Positions 20,259 to 30,444 of a stretch of DNA of 64,000 nucleotides are shown in pieces. Both the position numbers and the translations under genes were made by a program. Origin of the DNA: Acidobacteriota bacterium (lineage in GTDB: Bacteria > Acidobacteriota > Thermoanaerobaculia > Multivoradales > Multivoraceae); the NCBI GenBank assembly GCA_029263415.1, contig JAJCXN010000058.1:51724-115723 (forward strand), read 5' to 3'. Within the stretch, counting starts at the first letter, position 1. Each line of letters begins with the position of its first letter. Below the pieces are notes generated by a model. The model was given only the letters and a program-made list of their open reading frames with translations. It was not told the DNA's origin and searched no databases.

Positions 20259-22208
20259 ATGCTGAAAGTCTTTCGCGACAATCTAAGAAATCTCGCCCCT
20301 GTCCTCTGGGTCGTCATCGCCGTCTTCGTACTCTTGATGTTTGCCTATCCAGGAGACAGTGGCTCCGCCGGTTCGTCCGCAGCGGCAACGGTGAACGGCA
20401 CCGACATCTCGTACGCCTCGTACCAACAGGCTTATCGCAATCTCGAAGATCGCTTCCGTCAGATCTACGGCGAGTCCTACACCCCCGATTTGGCGAAGCA
20501 AATCGGCCTGCCCATGCAAGCCATCAACTCGCTAGTAGCGCAAGAGATCCTTCTCGAAGAAGCTAAAGATTTGGGGCTTGCGGCCACCGACGAAGAGGTG
20601 CGCAAGACCATTCTTGAGTTTCCCGCATTCCAGAACGAACGCGGCAACTTCGACAACGAGCTCTATGCCCGCACCCTGCGTAGCAACAGGCTTACGGTGG
20701 ACGGCTTCGAGAAAGACACCCGCCGTCAACTGCTCTTGCAGAAGTTCAACCGAGTGCTCGCCGATTCGGTCTGGATCTCGGACGCCGAAGCCGAACGATC
20801 GGCCCGAGAAGAGACTGAGTCGGCCCAGATTCGGTACGTCAAGCTGACCGCAGCCGACATCACCGAAGACCTGCCCGTCTCGCAGCCCGAACTCGAAACT
20901 TACTTCGCCGACCACCGTGACGAGTTCTCGATCGAAGAGCAGCGTGCACTGACCTACCTGAGCATCAACAACAACGTGGTGCGCGCTTCGCTTGAGATCT
21001 CAGACGAGGATCTGCAGGCCTACTACGACGCAAACCCTGACGAGTTCACTCGTGAAGAGCAGGTGCGAGCACGGCACATCCTTTTGTTCGTTTCCGAAGA
21101 ACGCACCGCAGAACAAGCGACGTCTGAGCTCGAAGCGCTCAAGGCTCGTATCGAAGGCGGTGAAACGTTCGACGATCTGGCGCGGCAATACTCTGAGGAC
21201 GAAGAGACCAAAGAGCGGGGCGGCAACCTCGGCTTTTTCGGTCGCAACCGCATGACGCCGCAGTTCGAGCAAGCCGCGTTCGCAGCAGACGCGGGCTCGC
21301 TGGTCGGCCCGGTAGAGAATCAACTTGGGCCGCGCACCGGATATCACCTGATCCAGGTCGAGAACAAGCGCGAGGGTGGCTTGCAACCCTTCGAAGAGGT
21401 TAAGAACCGCATTCGCGTGCGCCAACAGACCGACCAGGCGCGAGTGCGCACCGAGGCTGTCTCCAAGGAGATCCAAAGCGAGATCGGTGGTCGCATTTTC
21501 GGTTCGCTCGCAGAGCTCGAGGAGTACGCCAGCGGCAACGATTTGATCGGTGTTGAGTCCACCGCGCTGGTCACTCGCGACGCCAATATCCCCGGCATCG
21601 GGCGCAACGCGGCTTTCAACCAGGCAGCCTTTGCAACCACCGAAGGCATCCTCTCCGAGCCCGTTCGGATCGGCGCCGGTTGGGCGCTGGTGACCTCGTT
21701 CGAGATCCAACCGCCACGGCTCCCAGAGCTTACCGAGGTAGAAGCTGACGTCCGAGCTGCTTTGCAACAAGAGAAGAAAGACGCCGAGGCCAATCTGCGA
21801 CTCGCCGAAGCCAGCCGCGCGGCCGGCCCCGACGCAACCATCGACGCCATTGCTGAAGCGCTCGGCAAAACAGTCACCGAATCACCGCTGATTCGGACCA
21901 CCGGCGCGGTCGCTGGAATCAGTTCTGATAACTCTTTCAATCGCTCCGTTCTCGATCTCAACGAGGGCGACTTCGGTGGCCCGGTGGAGACCAACGACGG
22001 CGCCGTGCTCTATCAAGTTGCCATTCGCAATCGCTTTGATCTTGAGTCATTCGCCGCTGAGAAAGAGTCGACCCTGGAACGATTGCGCGAACAGCGCGCC
22101 ACCGCGATGATGCAGTCCTTGATTGAGCAACGACGTGCTGAGATCAAGCTGTCCATCGACCCGCAGCTGCAGGAGAGCTTCGCACTCCCCACCGCTGGCA
22201 CGGGCTAG
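20259..22208 (+). CDS. ppiD: Periplasmic chaperone PpiD-like (SurA-N plus parvulin rotamase domain), membrane-anchored
   Basis: An N-terminal TM segment and a parvulin domain (RARHILLFVSEE...GGNLGFFGRNRMTPQFEQAAF) are present. Length is 649 aa. Confidence 0.8.
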   Translation: MLKVFRDNLRNLAPVLWVVIAVFVLLMFAYPGDSGSAGSSAAATVNGTDISYASYQQAYRNLEDRFRQIYGESYTPDLAKQIGLPMQAINSLVAQEILLEEAKDLGLAATDEEVRKTILEFPAFQNERGNFDNELYARTLRSNRLTVDGFEKDTRRQLLLQKFNRVLADSVWISDAEAERSAREETESAQIRYVKLTAADITEDLPVSQPELETYFADHRDEFSIEEQRALTYLSINNNVVRASLEISDEDLQAYYDANPDEFTREEQVRARHILLFVSEERTAEQATSELEALKARIEGGETFDDLARQYSEDEETKERGGNLGFFGRNRMTPQFEQAAFAADAGSLVGPVENQLGPRTGYHLIQVENKREGGLQPFEEVKNRIRVRQQTDQARVRTEAVSKEIQSEIGGRIFGSLAELEEYASGNDLIGVESTALVTRDANIPGIGRNAAFNQAAFATTEGILSEPVRIGAGWALVTSFEIQPPRLPELTEVEADVRAALQQEKKDAEANLRLAEASRAAGPDATIDAIAEALGKTVTESPLIRTTGAVAGISSDNSFNRSVLDLNEGDFGGPVETNDGAVLYQVAIRNRFDLESFAAEKESTLERLREQRATAMMQSLIEQRRAEIKLSIDPQLQESFALPTAGTG

Positions 22209-22237
22209 CGCTTGATTGCCTCGCCGCCTCCTAGGGG

Positions 22238-22855
22238 TTGCGCGTGATTAGCTATCTGCGCGGGGCGCTGCATACCCTGGACGTTAGCGAAGTGGTGCTC
22301 GACGTCCAGGGCGTAGGCTACGGAGTCCGCGTGCCAGTCTCGACCTTCTACGAGTTGGAAGAGCATGGATCAGGAGCAACTGTCGAGCTCTTGATCCACA
22401 CTCAAGTCCGCGAAGATGCGCTTGAACTTTACGGCTTTCTCACCGCCCAGGAGAAGGGGCTGTTCGAGCGGCTGATTAGCGTCTCGGGTATCGGGCCCAA
22501 ACTGGCCTTGAGCATCCTTTCTGGGATGGCGCCTAACGATCTGGTGGGTGCGCTGGCATCAAAAGATGTCGGCAAGCTGGTGCGCATTCCTGGTGTCGGC
22601 AAGAAGACCGCGGAGCGCCTGGTGCTCGAACTCAAAGACCGTGCCCGCGAGATGGTCGACACTGCGGGCACCGATGTCGTCGTCGAACGCGGCTTGATGG
22701 AGGACCTGGCCGAGGCGTTGGTCGGGCTCGGCTATCGCGAGCGCGAAGCGGAGAAGGCGGCGCGCGAAGTGGTGCGCACCAGCGGCAGCGAGAACAGCGA
22801 GCTCGGTCTCGCCGAGGGTCTAAGACAAGCGCTACGGAAGCTGTCGCGAGCCTAA
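22238..22855 (+). CDS. ruvA: Holliday junction branch-migration protein RuvA
   Basis: An OB fold is followed by HhH motifs (ISVSGIGPKLAL, IPGVGKKTAERLVLEL) and a C-terminal RuvB-binding domain. Confidence 0.9.
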   Translation: MRVISYLRGALHTLDVSEVVLDVQGVGYGVRVPVSTFYELEEHGSGATVELLIHTQVREDALELYGFLTAQEKGLFERLISVSGIGPKLALSILSGMAPNDLVGALASKDVGKLVRIPGVGKKTAERLVLELKDRAREMVDTAGTDVVVERGLMEDLAEALVGLGYREREAEKAAREVVRTSGSENSELGLAEGLRQALRKLSRA

Positions 22856-22869
22856 GCCTGGCTTTTTGA

Positions 22870-23895
22870 CTAGTCGGCGAAGAGCTGCTGGTTCACGCCT
22901 CGCTGCATGATGCCAAGGTGCTCATACGCGCGACGCGTAGCAACCCGACCACGCCGCGTGCGCTGCAAAAAGCCTTCTTGAATGAGGTAGGGCTCGACCA
23001 AATCTTCAATGGTGCCTTCGTCCTCACCAACTGCGGCCGCTAGTGCCTTTACTCCAGCAGGGCCACCATCATAGTGCTCGATCAAAACCTTCAGTATCTT
23101 GCGGTCCAGCTCATCAAAACCGCGAGCATCGACCTCCAGTTGATCGAGAGCGCCTTCAGCGACCGGGCCATCGATCACTTCTGAACCGGCCACCTGTGCG
23201 AAATCACGCACCCGCCGAATCAGTCGGTTAGCGATACGCGGAGTTCCGCGACTGCGACGGGCGATCTCGTTAGCACCCTCAGTGTCGACCTTGATGTCGA
23301 GCAGTCGCGACGATCGATCGACAATCGTGGTGAGCGCGTCGACCGAGTAGAAATCGAGGCGGCTGGTGATGCCGAATCGCGCTCGCAACGGCGCGGTGAT
23401 CAACCCCGCCCTCGTGGTCGCGCCTACCAGCGTGAAGCGCGGCAGATCGATCTTGACTGTTCGAGCGGCAGGTCCTTGCCCTAGGACCAAGTCGAGGTGA
23501 TAGTCCTCAAGCGCGGGGTACAAGATCTCTTCGACCACCGCACTAAGCCGGTGAATCTCGTCGATAAAGAGAATCTCGCCCGGTTCGAGGTTGGTCAAGA
23601 TCGCCGCAAGATCACCCGCACGCTCTAGAACCGGACCCGACGTCGTGCGCAGCGGCGCTCCCATCTCACGCGCGATGATGTGGGACATCGTGGTCTTGCC
23701 CAAGCCGGGTGGCCCAAACAGCAGAACGTGATCCAAAGCTTCGCCGCGCTCGAGGGCTGCGCGCACGAAAACCCGTAGGTTCTCCACCAACTTCTCTTGC
23801 CCGATGTACTCGTCGAACGAGTTCGGACGCAACGAGGGCTCGACGCCAAGATCGTCGAAGTCCGGTTCGGGAGAAAGAATGTCGCGATCAGGCAT
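22870..23895 (-). CDS. ruvB: Holliday junction ATP-dependent DNA helicase RuvB
   Basis: An AAA+ Walker A motif (GPPGLGKTT), sensor motifs and a winged-helix C-terminus are present. Confidence 0.95.
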   Translation of the reverse strand: MPDRDILSPEPDFDDLGVEPSLRPNSFDEYIGQEKLVENLRVFVRAALERGEALDHVLLFGPPGLGKTTMSHIIAREMGAPLRTTSGPVLERAGDLAAILTNLEPGEILFIDEIHRLSAVVEEILYPALEDYHLDLVLGQGPAARTVKIDLPRFTLVGATTRAGLITAPLRARFGITSRLDFYSVDALTTIVDRSSRLLDIKVDTEGANEIARRSRGTPRIANRLIRRVRDFAQVAGSEVIDGPVAEGALDQLEVDARGFDELDRKILKVLIEHYDGGPAGVKALAAAVGEDEGTIEDLVEPYLIQEGFLQRTRRGRVATRRAYEHLGIMQRGVNQQLFAD

Positions 23896-24074
23896 AGGAG
23901 ACCCGCGGCTCTAAGGCGAAGGCTGGTTCAAGAAAGGAGCGTCGCTCAACACAGTCGCACCCTAGCCGACGGGGGCTTAAGGCGCGACGGCCATTCTCGG
24001 ATTGTACGCGCCTTGCACGGTGATGAGCCGGGCGCCAACACCGGCTCGACGCCAGGGGCTCGGTTCCAGGGGGC

Positions 24075-24104
24075 GGATTGAGCGTGAGCAATCCGGCTCA
24101 CTCC
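24075..24104 (+). promoter_or_regulatory. Hairpin plus T-run upstream of thrA (possible attenuator or terminator-like element)
   Basis: GTGAGC-aatccg-GCTCAC is followed by tccTTTTgtgtg. No Thr/Ile-rich leader ORF was found. Confidence 0.3.
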
Positions 24105-24204
24105 TTTTGTGTGCATGTAGTACTGTCCGCGCTCGCCGCACGGCCCGCAGAGCTTACGGCCAGCACCTTCGAATCGACCTCGCAACCCCGCGCCACCACC
24201 CGTT

Positions 24205-26784
24205 GTGAACAACGACCTTCCAACACCCGGTTCCGCACCGAACACGCCCGCCACCACCTGGCGCGTGCTCAAGTTCGGCGGTACCTCTGTGCGCGACCCT
24301 GGTCGCATGGCTACCGTTGCCGAAATCGTCAAAGGGGCACACGAGCGCGCGGATCGCATCGCGGTCGTGGTCTCCGCTCTCGGCGGCGCGACCGATCAGC
24401 TGGTTGAACTGGTCGAAAGTAGAGCTCGCGAGCACGCACTCAGCGAACTCGAACTGCGTCACCGTGCCGCCGCTCTAAGCTTGTCCGACCTCGCCGCTAC
24501 GACTGCGGTTGAGGAGCTGCTCGCACAGCTTCAAGCCTTCGCGCATGCCCTGCCCGATGATCCTGCGGCCGTCACCTTGGAGCAACGCGATCTCGCCATG
24601 AGTTTCGGCGAACGACTGTCGGTCCCGCTCGTAGCAGCCGCGCTCAGGCGCCACGGGATCGATGCCGCCACCTGTGACACACGCGACTTAATCACCACCT
24701 CCGACCGGTTCGGCTCCGCCGAAGTGGATCACGACGCAAGCTTCAAGAAGATCTCCGAACGGTTTAACCAAAGCGCTGCTCTGTTGGTCACCACAGGATT
24801 TCTCGGCAGCACGGTCGACGGGCGCACCACCACCCTCGGGCGCGGCGGCTCGGACCTCACGGCGGCATTGTTGGGCGCCGCGCTCAACGCAGCTGAGATC
24901 GAGATTTGGACGGATGTCGACGGCGTCTTGAACGCAGATCCGCGAGTGGTCGACGATGCCTTCTCGATCCCAAATCTGTCCTATGAAGAAGTGATGGAGT
25001 TAGCGCACTTCGGCGCGGAGGTCCTCTATCCACCAACCGTCACTCCAGCGCGAGCGCGGAAGATTCCTATTCGGATTCTCAATACCCTGAACCCAAGCTT
25101 TGAGGGCACACTGATCTGTAGCGCATCGAGCCTGCGCGAGCCCGCTCAGGATTCCAGTTGTACGAGTCCGTTTGCTGGCATCACCGCAATCGCTGATGTG
25201 TCTCTTCTGACTCTTGGCGGGAGCGGCTTGCTCGGCGTTACCGGAACAGCACATCGGTTCTTCGGCGCACTAGCCAATGTCAACTGCAACGTGATCTTGA
25301 TCTCGCAAGCATCCAGTGAACACTCGATTTGCTGTGCGGTACCACCCGAGCAGGCGCAGAGCGCCCGGGTAGCCGTCGATCTCGAATTTGCAGCTGAACG
25401 AGCCCGCGGCCGCGTGCAGGCCGTGCGCATCGAGCCGTCGTTGAGCGTGGTTGCTGCAGTGGGCGCGGGAATGCGCGAACGCCCTGGAATTGCCGGCTTA
25501 GTCTTTTCCATCCTTGGCGAGAACCGGATCAACGTGCGCGCGATCGCGCAAGGCTCGAGCGAACTCAACATCTCGGTTGTGGTGCGCGCGGGCGACCGTG
25601 AAGCCGCGGTGCGCGCTCTACATCGGGCAATGTTCGGAGCGCCACCCGCGCCCGCGACGATTCCACTCAACGTGGTCGTTGCCGGAGTCGGTGGCGTGGG
25701 CGCGGAGGTGCTCAAGATGGTGCAGGGCCAGCCTGAGCGACTGCGTCTCAGTGGCATCATCGCCTCGCAACATCAGCTGCTCGCTGACATCGATGCCGTC
25801 ACCACAGCAACCGACGCACCTACCGATTCTGGCGGCTGGCGCGCGCTCATGAAGGAACAAGGTGAAGCCAACGACCCTGAAGGCCTAGTGGCCTGGTTCC
25901 ACGAGCGTGCGAACAAGCCTGGCCGAACTGCGTGTGCGCTCGTCGACTGCACGGCGAGCTCGAGCGTCACTGAGCTTTACCCACAGCTCGTGGACGCGGG
26001 CATCGCGATCGTGGCCGCCAACAAGCTTGGGGTCGCCGCCGACCTAAGCGCTGACACCAGCCTTCAATGGAGGTCGACTGGCCGCGCGCACGAACCCGCA
26101 GGGCAGTTCGGCTTCGAGGCAACCGTCGGCGCCGGCCTGCCAGTGATCTCTACCCTGCGTTCCCTGCTTGAGAGCGGCGATCGCATCCTCGAGATCAGCG
26201 GTGTGTTCTCAGGCACCCTCGGATTTCTACTCGACCAAGTGCGCAGTGGCGCTTCGGCCAGCGAAGCGATCAAGACCGCATACGACAACGGCTTCACCGA
26301 ACCGGATCCGCGTGACGATCTGTCGGGCACCGACGTCGCGCGCAAGCTCTTGATCTTGGCGCGTGTGTGCGGAGTCAGTGGCAGCATCGACGATGTCGCG
26401 GTCGAACCGCTCATCCCACTCGATGCCGCCGCCTCAATTGAGGACTTCTGGCAGACGCTCGACTCCGCCAACGAAGCCATCGACGCCCGCTTGCGCTCCG
26501 CGACTGATAGCGGAGACAGCCTGGCCTATCTCGCGCGAGCCCAGTTCGCTGAAGACGGCGAAGTGACCGCGGGCGTGGAACTTTCGGTCGGCCTGCGGCA
26601 GCTCCCATCGTCGCACCCAGCTTGCCAACTCCGCGGCAGCGACAACCTCTTTCTCTTCCGCACCGAACGCTATCGTGAGCAACCGTTGATCATTCGCGGC
26701 CCGGGCGCTGGCACCACCGTGACAGCAGCAGGCGTGATGACCGACCTACTGGCCATTGCCGCGCACGCGGGAGAAGGTTCATGA
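24205..26784 (+). CDS. thrA: Bifunctional aspartokinase I / homoserine dehydrogenase I
   Basis: The N-terminal aspartokinase (LKFGGTSV) has two ACT regions. The C-terminal homoserine dehydrogenase carries a Rossmann motif (VVVAGVGGVGAEVL). Length is 859 aa. Confidence 0.9.
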   Translation: MNNDLPTPGSAPNTPATTWRVLKFGGTSVRDPGRMATVAEIVKGAHERADRIAVVVSALGGATDQLVELVESRAREHALSELELRHRAAALSLSDLAATTAVEELLAQLQAFAHALPDDPAAVTLEQRDLAMSFGERLSVPLVAAALRRHGIDAATCDTRDLITTSDRFGSAEVDHDASFKKISERFNQSAALLVTTGFLGSTVDGRTTTLGRGGSDLTAALLGAALNAAEIEIWTDVDGVLNADPRVVDDAFSIPNLSYEEVMELAHFGAEVLYPPTVTPARARKIPIRILNTLNPSFEGTLICSASSLREPAQDSSCTSPFAGITAIADVSLLTLGGSGLLGVTGTAHRFFGALANVNCNVILISQASSEHSICCAVPPEQAQSARVAVDLEFAAERARGRVQAVRIEPSLSVVAAVGAGMRERPGIAGLVFSILGENRINVRAIAQGSSELNISVVVRAGDREAAVRALHRAMFGAPPAPATIPLNVVVAGVGGVGAEVLKMVQGQPERLRLSGIIASQHQLLADIDAVTTATDAPTDSGGWRALMKEQGEANDPEGLVAWFHERANKPGRTACALVDCTASSSVTELYPQLVDAGIAIVAANKLGVAADLSADTSLQWRSTGRAHEPAGQFGFEATVGAGLPVISTLRSLLESGDRILEISGVFSGTLGFLLDQVRSGASASEAIKTAYDNGFTEPDPRDDLSGTDVARKLLILARVCGVSGSIDDVAVEPLIPLDAAASIEDFWQTLDSANEAIDARLRSATDSGDSLAYLARAQFAEDGEVTAGVELSVGLRQLPSSHPACQLRGSDNLFLFRTERYREQPLIIRGPGAGTTVTAAGVMTDLLAIAAHAGEGS

Positions 26785-27830
26785 GCAGACTGCAGATTTT
26801 CGCACCCGCGTCGGTGTCCAACGTTGCTTGCGGCTTTGACACCTTGGGCTTTGCCGTCGGCGAGGATGAATCGCTCGGCGACCTGATCACGGTGTCTCTC
26901 AAAAACATCGGCGAGCAAACCCCTGGCAAACCGGGCCCGGGTGAACCGGCCGCAGGTGGACCGGTCGCAGGCGAAGCGAAGGGCAGCCGCATCACGCTTA
27001 GCGCAATCACCGGCGAGGGCGGTCGCTTGCCGAGGGACCCACGCCGCAACACCGCAACAGTGGCGGCCCAAGTGGTCCTCAACTTGTTTGCCCAAAAGGG
27101 CGGAACCGACATCGCCATCGACATGGCGATTGAAAAGCGCATGCCGCTATGCAGCGGATTGGGGTCGAGTGCCGCGAGCGCGGTTGCGGGTTCTGTCGCG
27201 GCCTATGAGATCTTGCGTCGGGAGTTTGGTTTCATCTTGAGCGAACCCGAACTCCTTGAGTGCGCCCTGGCCGGGGAACTGGTCGCTAGCGGTGGCCGGC
27301 ACGCAGACAATGTGGCTCCGTGCATGCTGGGCGGCTTTGTCTTGGTGCGCTCCTTGGACGACCAACCGGACGTGGTGCAGCTGCCAGACTGTGACGACTG
27401 GCTTTGGTGTGCATTAGCACGACCATCGATCGCGATCGACACCCTGAGTTCGCGACAACGACTCGGCACCACCATCCCGCTCGCCACGGCAACGCGTCAG
27501 TGGGCCAACGTCGGCGCACTGGTGGCGGCGCTTTATGAGCGCGACGACGACCTCCTTGCCAGGGCTTTGTGCGACCACGTCGCTGAGCCTGCGCGCAAGA
27601 ACGATGTCGCCGGATTCGATGACGCCGTGGCCGCTGCGATCGAGGCCGGCGCTTTAGGCGGCAGCCTCTCGGGTAGCGGGCCGACCTTGTTCGCGCTCGC
27701 AACATCGGCTGAACGGGCGTCGGACGCTGCGTCTGCGATGGCCGACGCTCTGCTCGCTGCAGGCCACCCCGGTTGCGACGCGCAGACCTCACCCGTGGGC
27801 ACGCGCGGTGCGCGCGTCATCGAGCCGTGA
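26781..27830 (+). CDS. thrB: Homoserine kinase (GHMP kinase)
   Basis: A GHMP motif is present (PLCSGLGSSAASAVAG). ATGA overlap with thrA. Confidence 0.9.
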   Translation: MSRLQIFAPASVSNVACGFDTLGFAVGEDESLGDLITVSLKNIGEQTPGKPGPGEPAAGGPVAGEAKGSRITLSAITGEGGRLPRDPRRNTATVAAQVVLNLFAQKGGTDIAIDMAIEKRMPLCSGLGSSAASAVAGSVAAYEILRREFGFILSEPELLECALAGELVASGGRHADNVAPCMLGGFVLVRSLDDQPDVVQLPDCDDWLWCALARPSIAIDTLSSRQRLGTTIPLATATRQWANVGALVAALYERDDDLLARALCDHVAEPARKNDVAGFDDAVAAAIEAGALGGSLSGSGPTLFALATSAERASDAASAMADALLAAGHPGCDAQTSPVGTRGARVIEP

Positions 27831-29227
27831 CCCTGATCTTGACGCAGATCGCTCCACCCGACTTCCGCCAGCGCTTCGGAAGCACACGAGCTCAAGCTGA
27901 ACCGGTCAATCTCGCCACGGCCGTCTTGACCGGGCCTGCCACCGACGGAGGCCTTTGGGTCCCCGAGACCATCGTTCCCTTCACCAAGGACGAACTCGAC
28001 TGGCTTGAGACGCTCCCTTTCGTAGAGCTCGCTGCGTTGGTCGCCCATCGACTTATTGGCAACGACCTGGATCACGCGGAACTCTCCGCACTGGTTCACG
28101 ATGCCTTCGACTTCGAGATGCCGCTGCAATCATTCACCTCAGATAGCGGCACTGACCCAACATTCGATGTGCGCGCTTTGGAGTTGTTCCACGGGCCAAC
28201 TCTTGCCTTTAAGGACGTCGGCGCGCGCTTCATGGCGCGCCTGCTGCGCTGGGCGCGGACACAACAACCAAGCACCGAAACCCAGCGCGACTTGACCATC
28301 TTGGCTGCGACCAGCGGTGACACGGGCAGCGCTGTCGCTCAGGCGTTCTTGGGCCTCGAAGGCTTCCGTGTCGCGGTCCTTTTCCCTCGCGGCCAGGTGA
28401 GCGAGGCTCAACGCAAGCTGTTCACAACACTCGGCCAGAACACCTGCTCGTTCTCCATTGACGGCTCGTTCGACGACTGTCAGCGCCTGGTCAAACAAGC
28501 TTTCGCCGACTCGGATCTGCGCCAACGACTGCCGTTGGGTTCCGCCAACTCGATCAACATCGCGCGCTTGTTGCCGCAGACCCTCTACTACTTTTGGATC
28601 CGCAATCAGCTGAGCCCCTCTGACCGGGCAAGGCCGCTGCGCATCTGCGTTCCCAGCGGCAACTTCGGCAATCTCACCGCTGGCTTGTTGGCTCGCAGAC
28701 TCGGTCTCAGGGTTGACACCTTCATCGCCGCCACCAACGCCAATGACATTGTGCCGCAGTTTCTTAGCGGCAAGAAGTACTCACCCCGCCCGTCGGTATG
28801 CACGGTAGCCAACGCGATGGATGTCGGCGACCCGAGCAACTTTGAGAGAATCCAATGGCTCTTCGAGGGCCGAGACGACGCGATTCGCCAGGCCGTCACC
28901 GGCACCGCATACACCGACGCCGAGGTCGCAGCTGCGATGCGACAGGTGCACGAAACCCTTGGCCTGTTGCTCGACCCGCACTCAACCATCGGCTACCTCG
29001 GCGCGCGGGATCACCATCGTGCCAACCGTCGTCCGGATGCACCTGCTCCGATCTACGCCTTCCTCGCAACCGCGCACCCCGCCAAGTTCGCAGAGGTTGT
29101 GCACACAACCACCGATCGCGAGGTCGAAATTCCGCCCGCCCTGGTCAAAGCGCTCGCTGGGCGCGAGCAGGTCACCGATCTGGCCCCAGACTACGCGCAG
29201 TTTCGCGCGGCGTTAGAACACATCTAG
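27827..29227 (+). CDS. thrC: Threonine synthase (PLP-dependent)
   Basis: ThrC-like N-terminus (LWVPETIVPF...) and a PLP-lysine region (FKDVGARFMARLL). GTG 27827 overlaps the thrB stop (GTGA). The longer listed ORF start is probably spurious. Confidence 0.85.
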   Translation: MTLILTQIAPPDFRQRFGSTRAQAEPVNLATAVLTGPATDGGLWVPETIVPFTKDELDWLETLPFVELAALVAHRLIGNDLDHAELSALVHDAFDFEMPLQSFTSDSGTDPTFDVRALELFHGPTLAFKDVGARFMARLLRWARTQQPSTETQRDLTILAATSGDTGSAVAQAFLGLEGFRVAVLFPRGQVSEAQRKLFTTLGQNTCSFSIDGSFDDCQRLVKQAFADSDLRQRLPLGSANSINIARLLPQTLYYFWIRNQLSPSDRARPLRICVPSGNFGNLTAGLLARRLGLRVDTFIAATNANDIVPQFLSGKKYSPRPSVCTVANAMDVGDPSNFERIQWLFEGRDDAIRQAVTGTAYTDAEVAAAMRQVHETLGLLLDPHSTIGYLGARDHHRANRRPDAPAPIYAFLATAHPAKFAEVVHTTTDREVEIPPALVKALAGREQVTDLAPDYAQFRAALEHI

Positions 29228-30444
29228 GCGCGCCGCCCGAGCGCCATCCGTGCGCCCAGCTCCAATGCAATTCGCGCTACTGCTCGGTCCGGCACCGCCC
29301 GCGCGTGCAATGCCAGCAGCGAGTCGAACAAAGCCGGCTTGCGTTCAAGAGAACGCAAGAAGCGACGGCGCAAGCCGGGTCGTCGCGACAATACCAACGC
29401 ACCTTCGACCAAGGCATTCGGTAATCGGCGGCGCGCCTGCGCGGTGCGGCGATAGCGAGTCAAGGCACTGGCGGCGTCCTGAGTCTCATCGGCCAACTCT
29501 CCCGCTAGTAGGGTCGCCTCCGCGAACGCGATGGCCATGCCTTCACCAGTGATCGCGTCGATGTAGCCACCGGCGTCGCCCACTAAGGCGACATTGCCCG
29601 CCGCTAGGGCGCGGGATGCCACCCGCAACGGACCCACTCCTCGCACCGACGTAGCAGGCTCTGCCTGAGCTACACGCTCGCGAAGCTCGGGGAACTTGCG
29701 TAGCTGCTGCTCAAAAGCAGTGCCTCGACTTGCTCCGCTCGCGACTGCAAACTGTCTCGCTGCTTTGGTTGGCGAAAACAGAAAAGCCAGGCCGAACATG
29801 CCGTTCGCGAGCGGGGTCAGATACCCCTCGACACCGTCGGCCCAAAAGACCTCAACGCGGTCGCGCGCAGGTTGTGTCTCCGTACCCCTGAAGTGGCGGC
29901 GAATGCCCACCCGCACAGGGCATCGTCGAGCACGGTGAGTCAGCGTTGGCTGATCGAGGCCCGCCAGCTTGCGCACCAGCGAGCGCGATCCATCGGCGCC
30001 AACGATCGCGCGCGGCCGCCACTCGCCGCTTTGACTCGTGGTCACAAACGACAGCGCGCCCGCCTGCTCAACGTCAACCAAGCCATCCCCCGTGCGCACC
30101 TCAACCCCAAGTTCAAGAGCACGCTCAAAGAGCGCCTTCGACAGTTCCGTACGCCGCACACCGAGACCACGCCGGCCTTCTGCGAACGAGCCGGACACGG
30201 TATGGCCATCGCCCTCATACCGAATGCCTGCGATCTCACCGCCTTCGGGGTCAACCCCGAGCTGCAAGAGCACCTCGACCGCATCTGGCATCAAGCCTTC
30301 GCCGCAGGCCTTGTCGATCGGCATCGTTGCGTGCCGCTCGAGGACCACGACCTTGAGCCCGCGAACGGCGCAGGCAACTGCGCAACACAGTCCCGCCGGC
30401 CCAGCACCAACAATGAGCACTTGAGGTGAACGACTCCCACTCAC
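29224..30444 (-). CDS. FAD-dependent oxidoreductase, geranylgeranyl-reductase / aromatic-hydroxylase family (SrsC-like tailoring enzyme)
   Basis: GxGxxG motif (VLIVGAGPAGLCCA) and an NAD/FAD-binding fold. Its stop overlaps the thrC stop region, and its start overlaps the FAAL gene end (ATGA). Confidence 0.75.
   Translation of the reverse strand: MSGSRSPQVLIVGAGPAGLCCAVACAVRGLKVVVLERHATMPIDKACGEGLMPDAVEVLLQLGVDPEGGEIAGIRYEGDGHTVSGSFAEGRRGLGVRRTELSKALFERALELGVEVRTGDGLVDVEQAGALSFVTTSQSGEWRPRAIVGADGSRSLVRKLAGLDQPTLTHRARRCPVRVGIRRHFRGTETQPARDRVEVFWADGVEGYLTPLANGMFGLAFLFSPTKAARQFAVASGASRGTAFEQQLRKFPELRERVAQAEPATSVRGVGPLRVASRALAAGNVALVGDAGGYIDAITGEGMAIAFAEATLLAGELADETQDAASALTRYRRTAQARRRLPNALVEGALVLSRRPGLRRRFLRSLERKPALFDSLLALHARAVPDRAVARIALELGARMALGRRA

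Noticed and set aside
20532-21994. Antisense ORFs inside ppiD (20532..20915, 21000..21770, 21344..21994)
   Set aside because: They fall entirely within the well-supported ppiD coding region on the opposite strand. These are typical GC-rich shadow ORFs.
23990-24208. thr leader peptide ORF (24002..24208, 68 aa)
   Set aside because: It is not enriched for Thr or Ile codons, and its composition is not protein-like. It is kept only as a hairpin observation.
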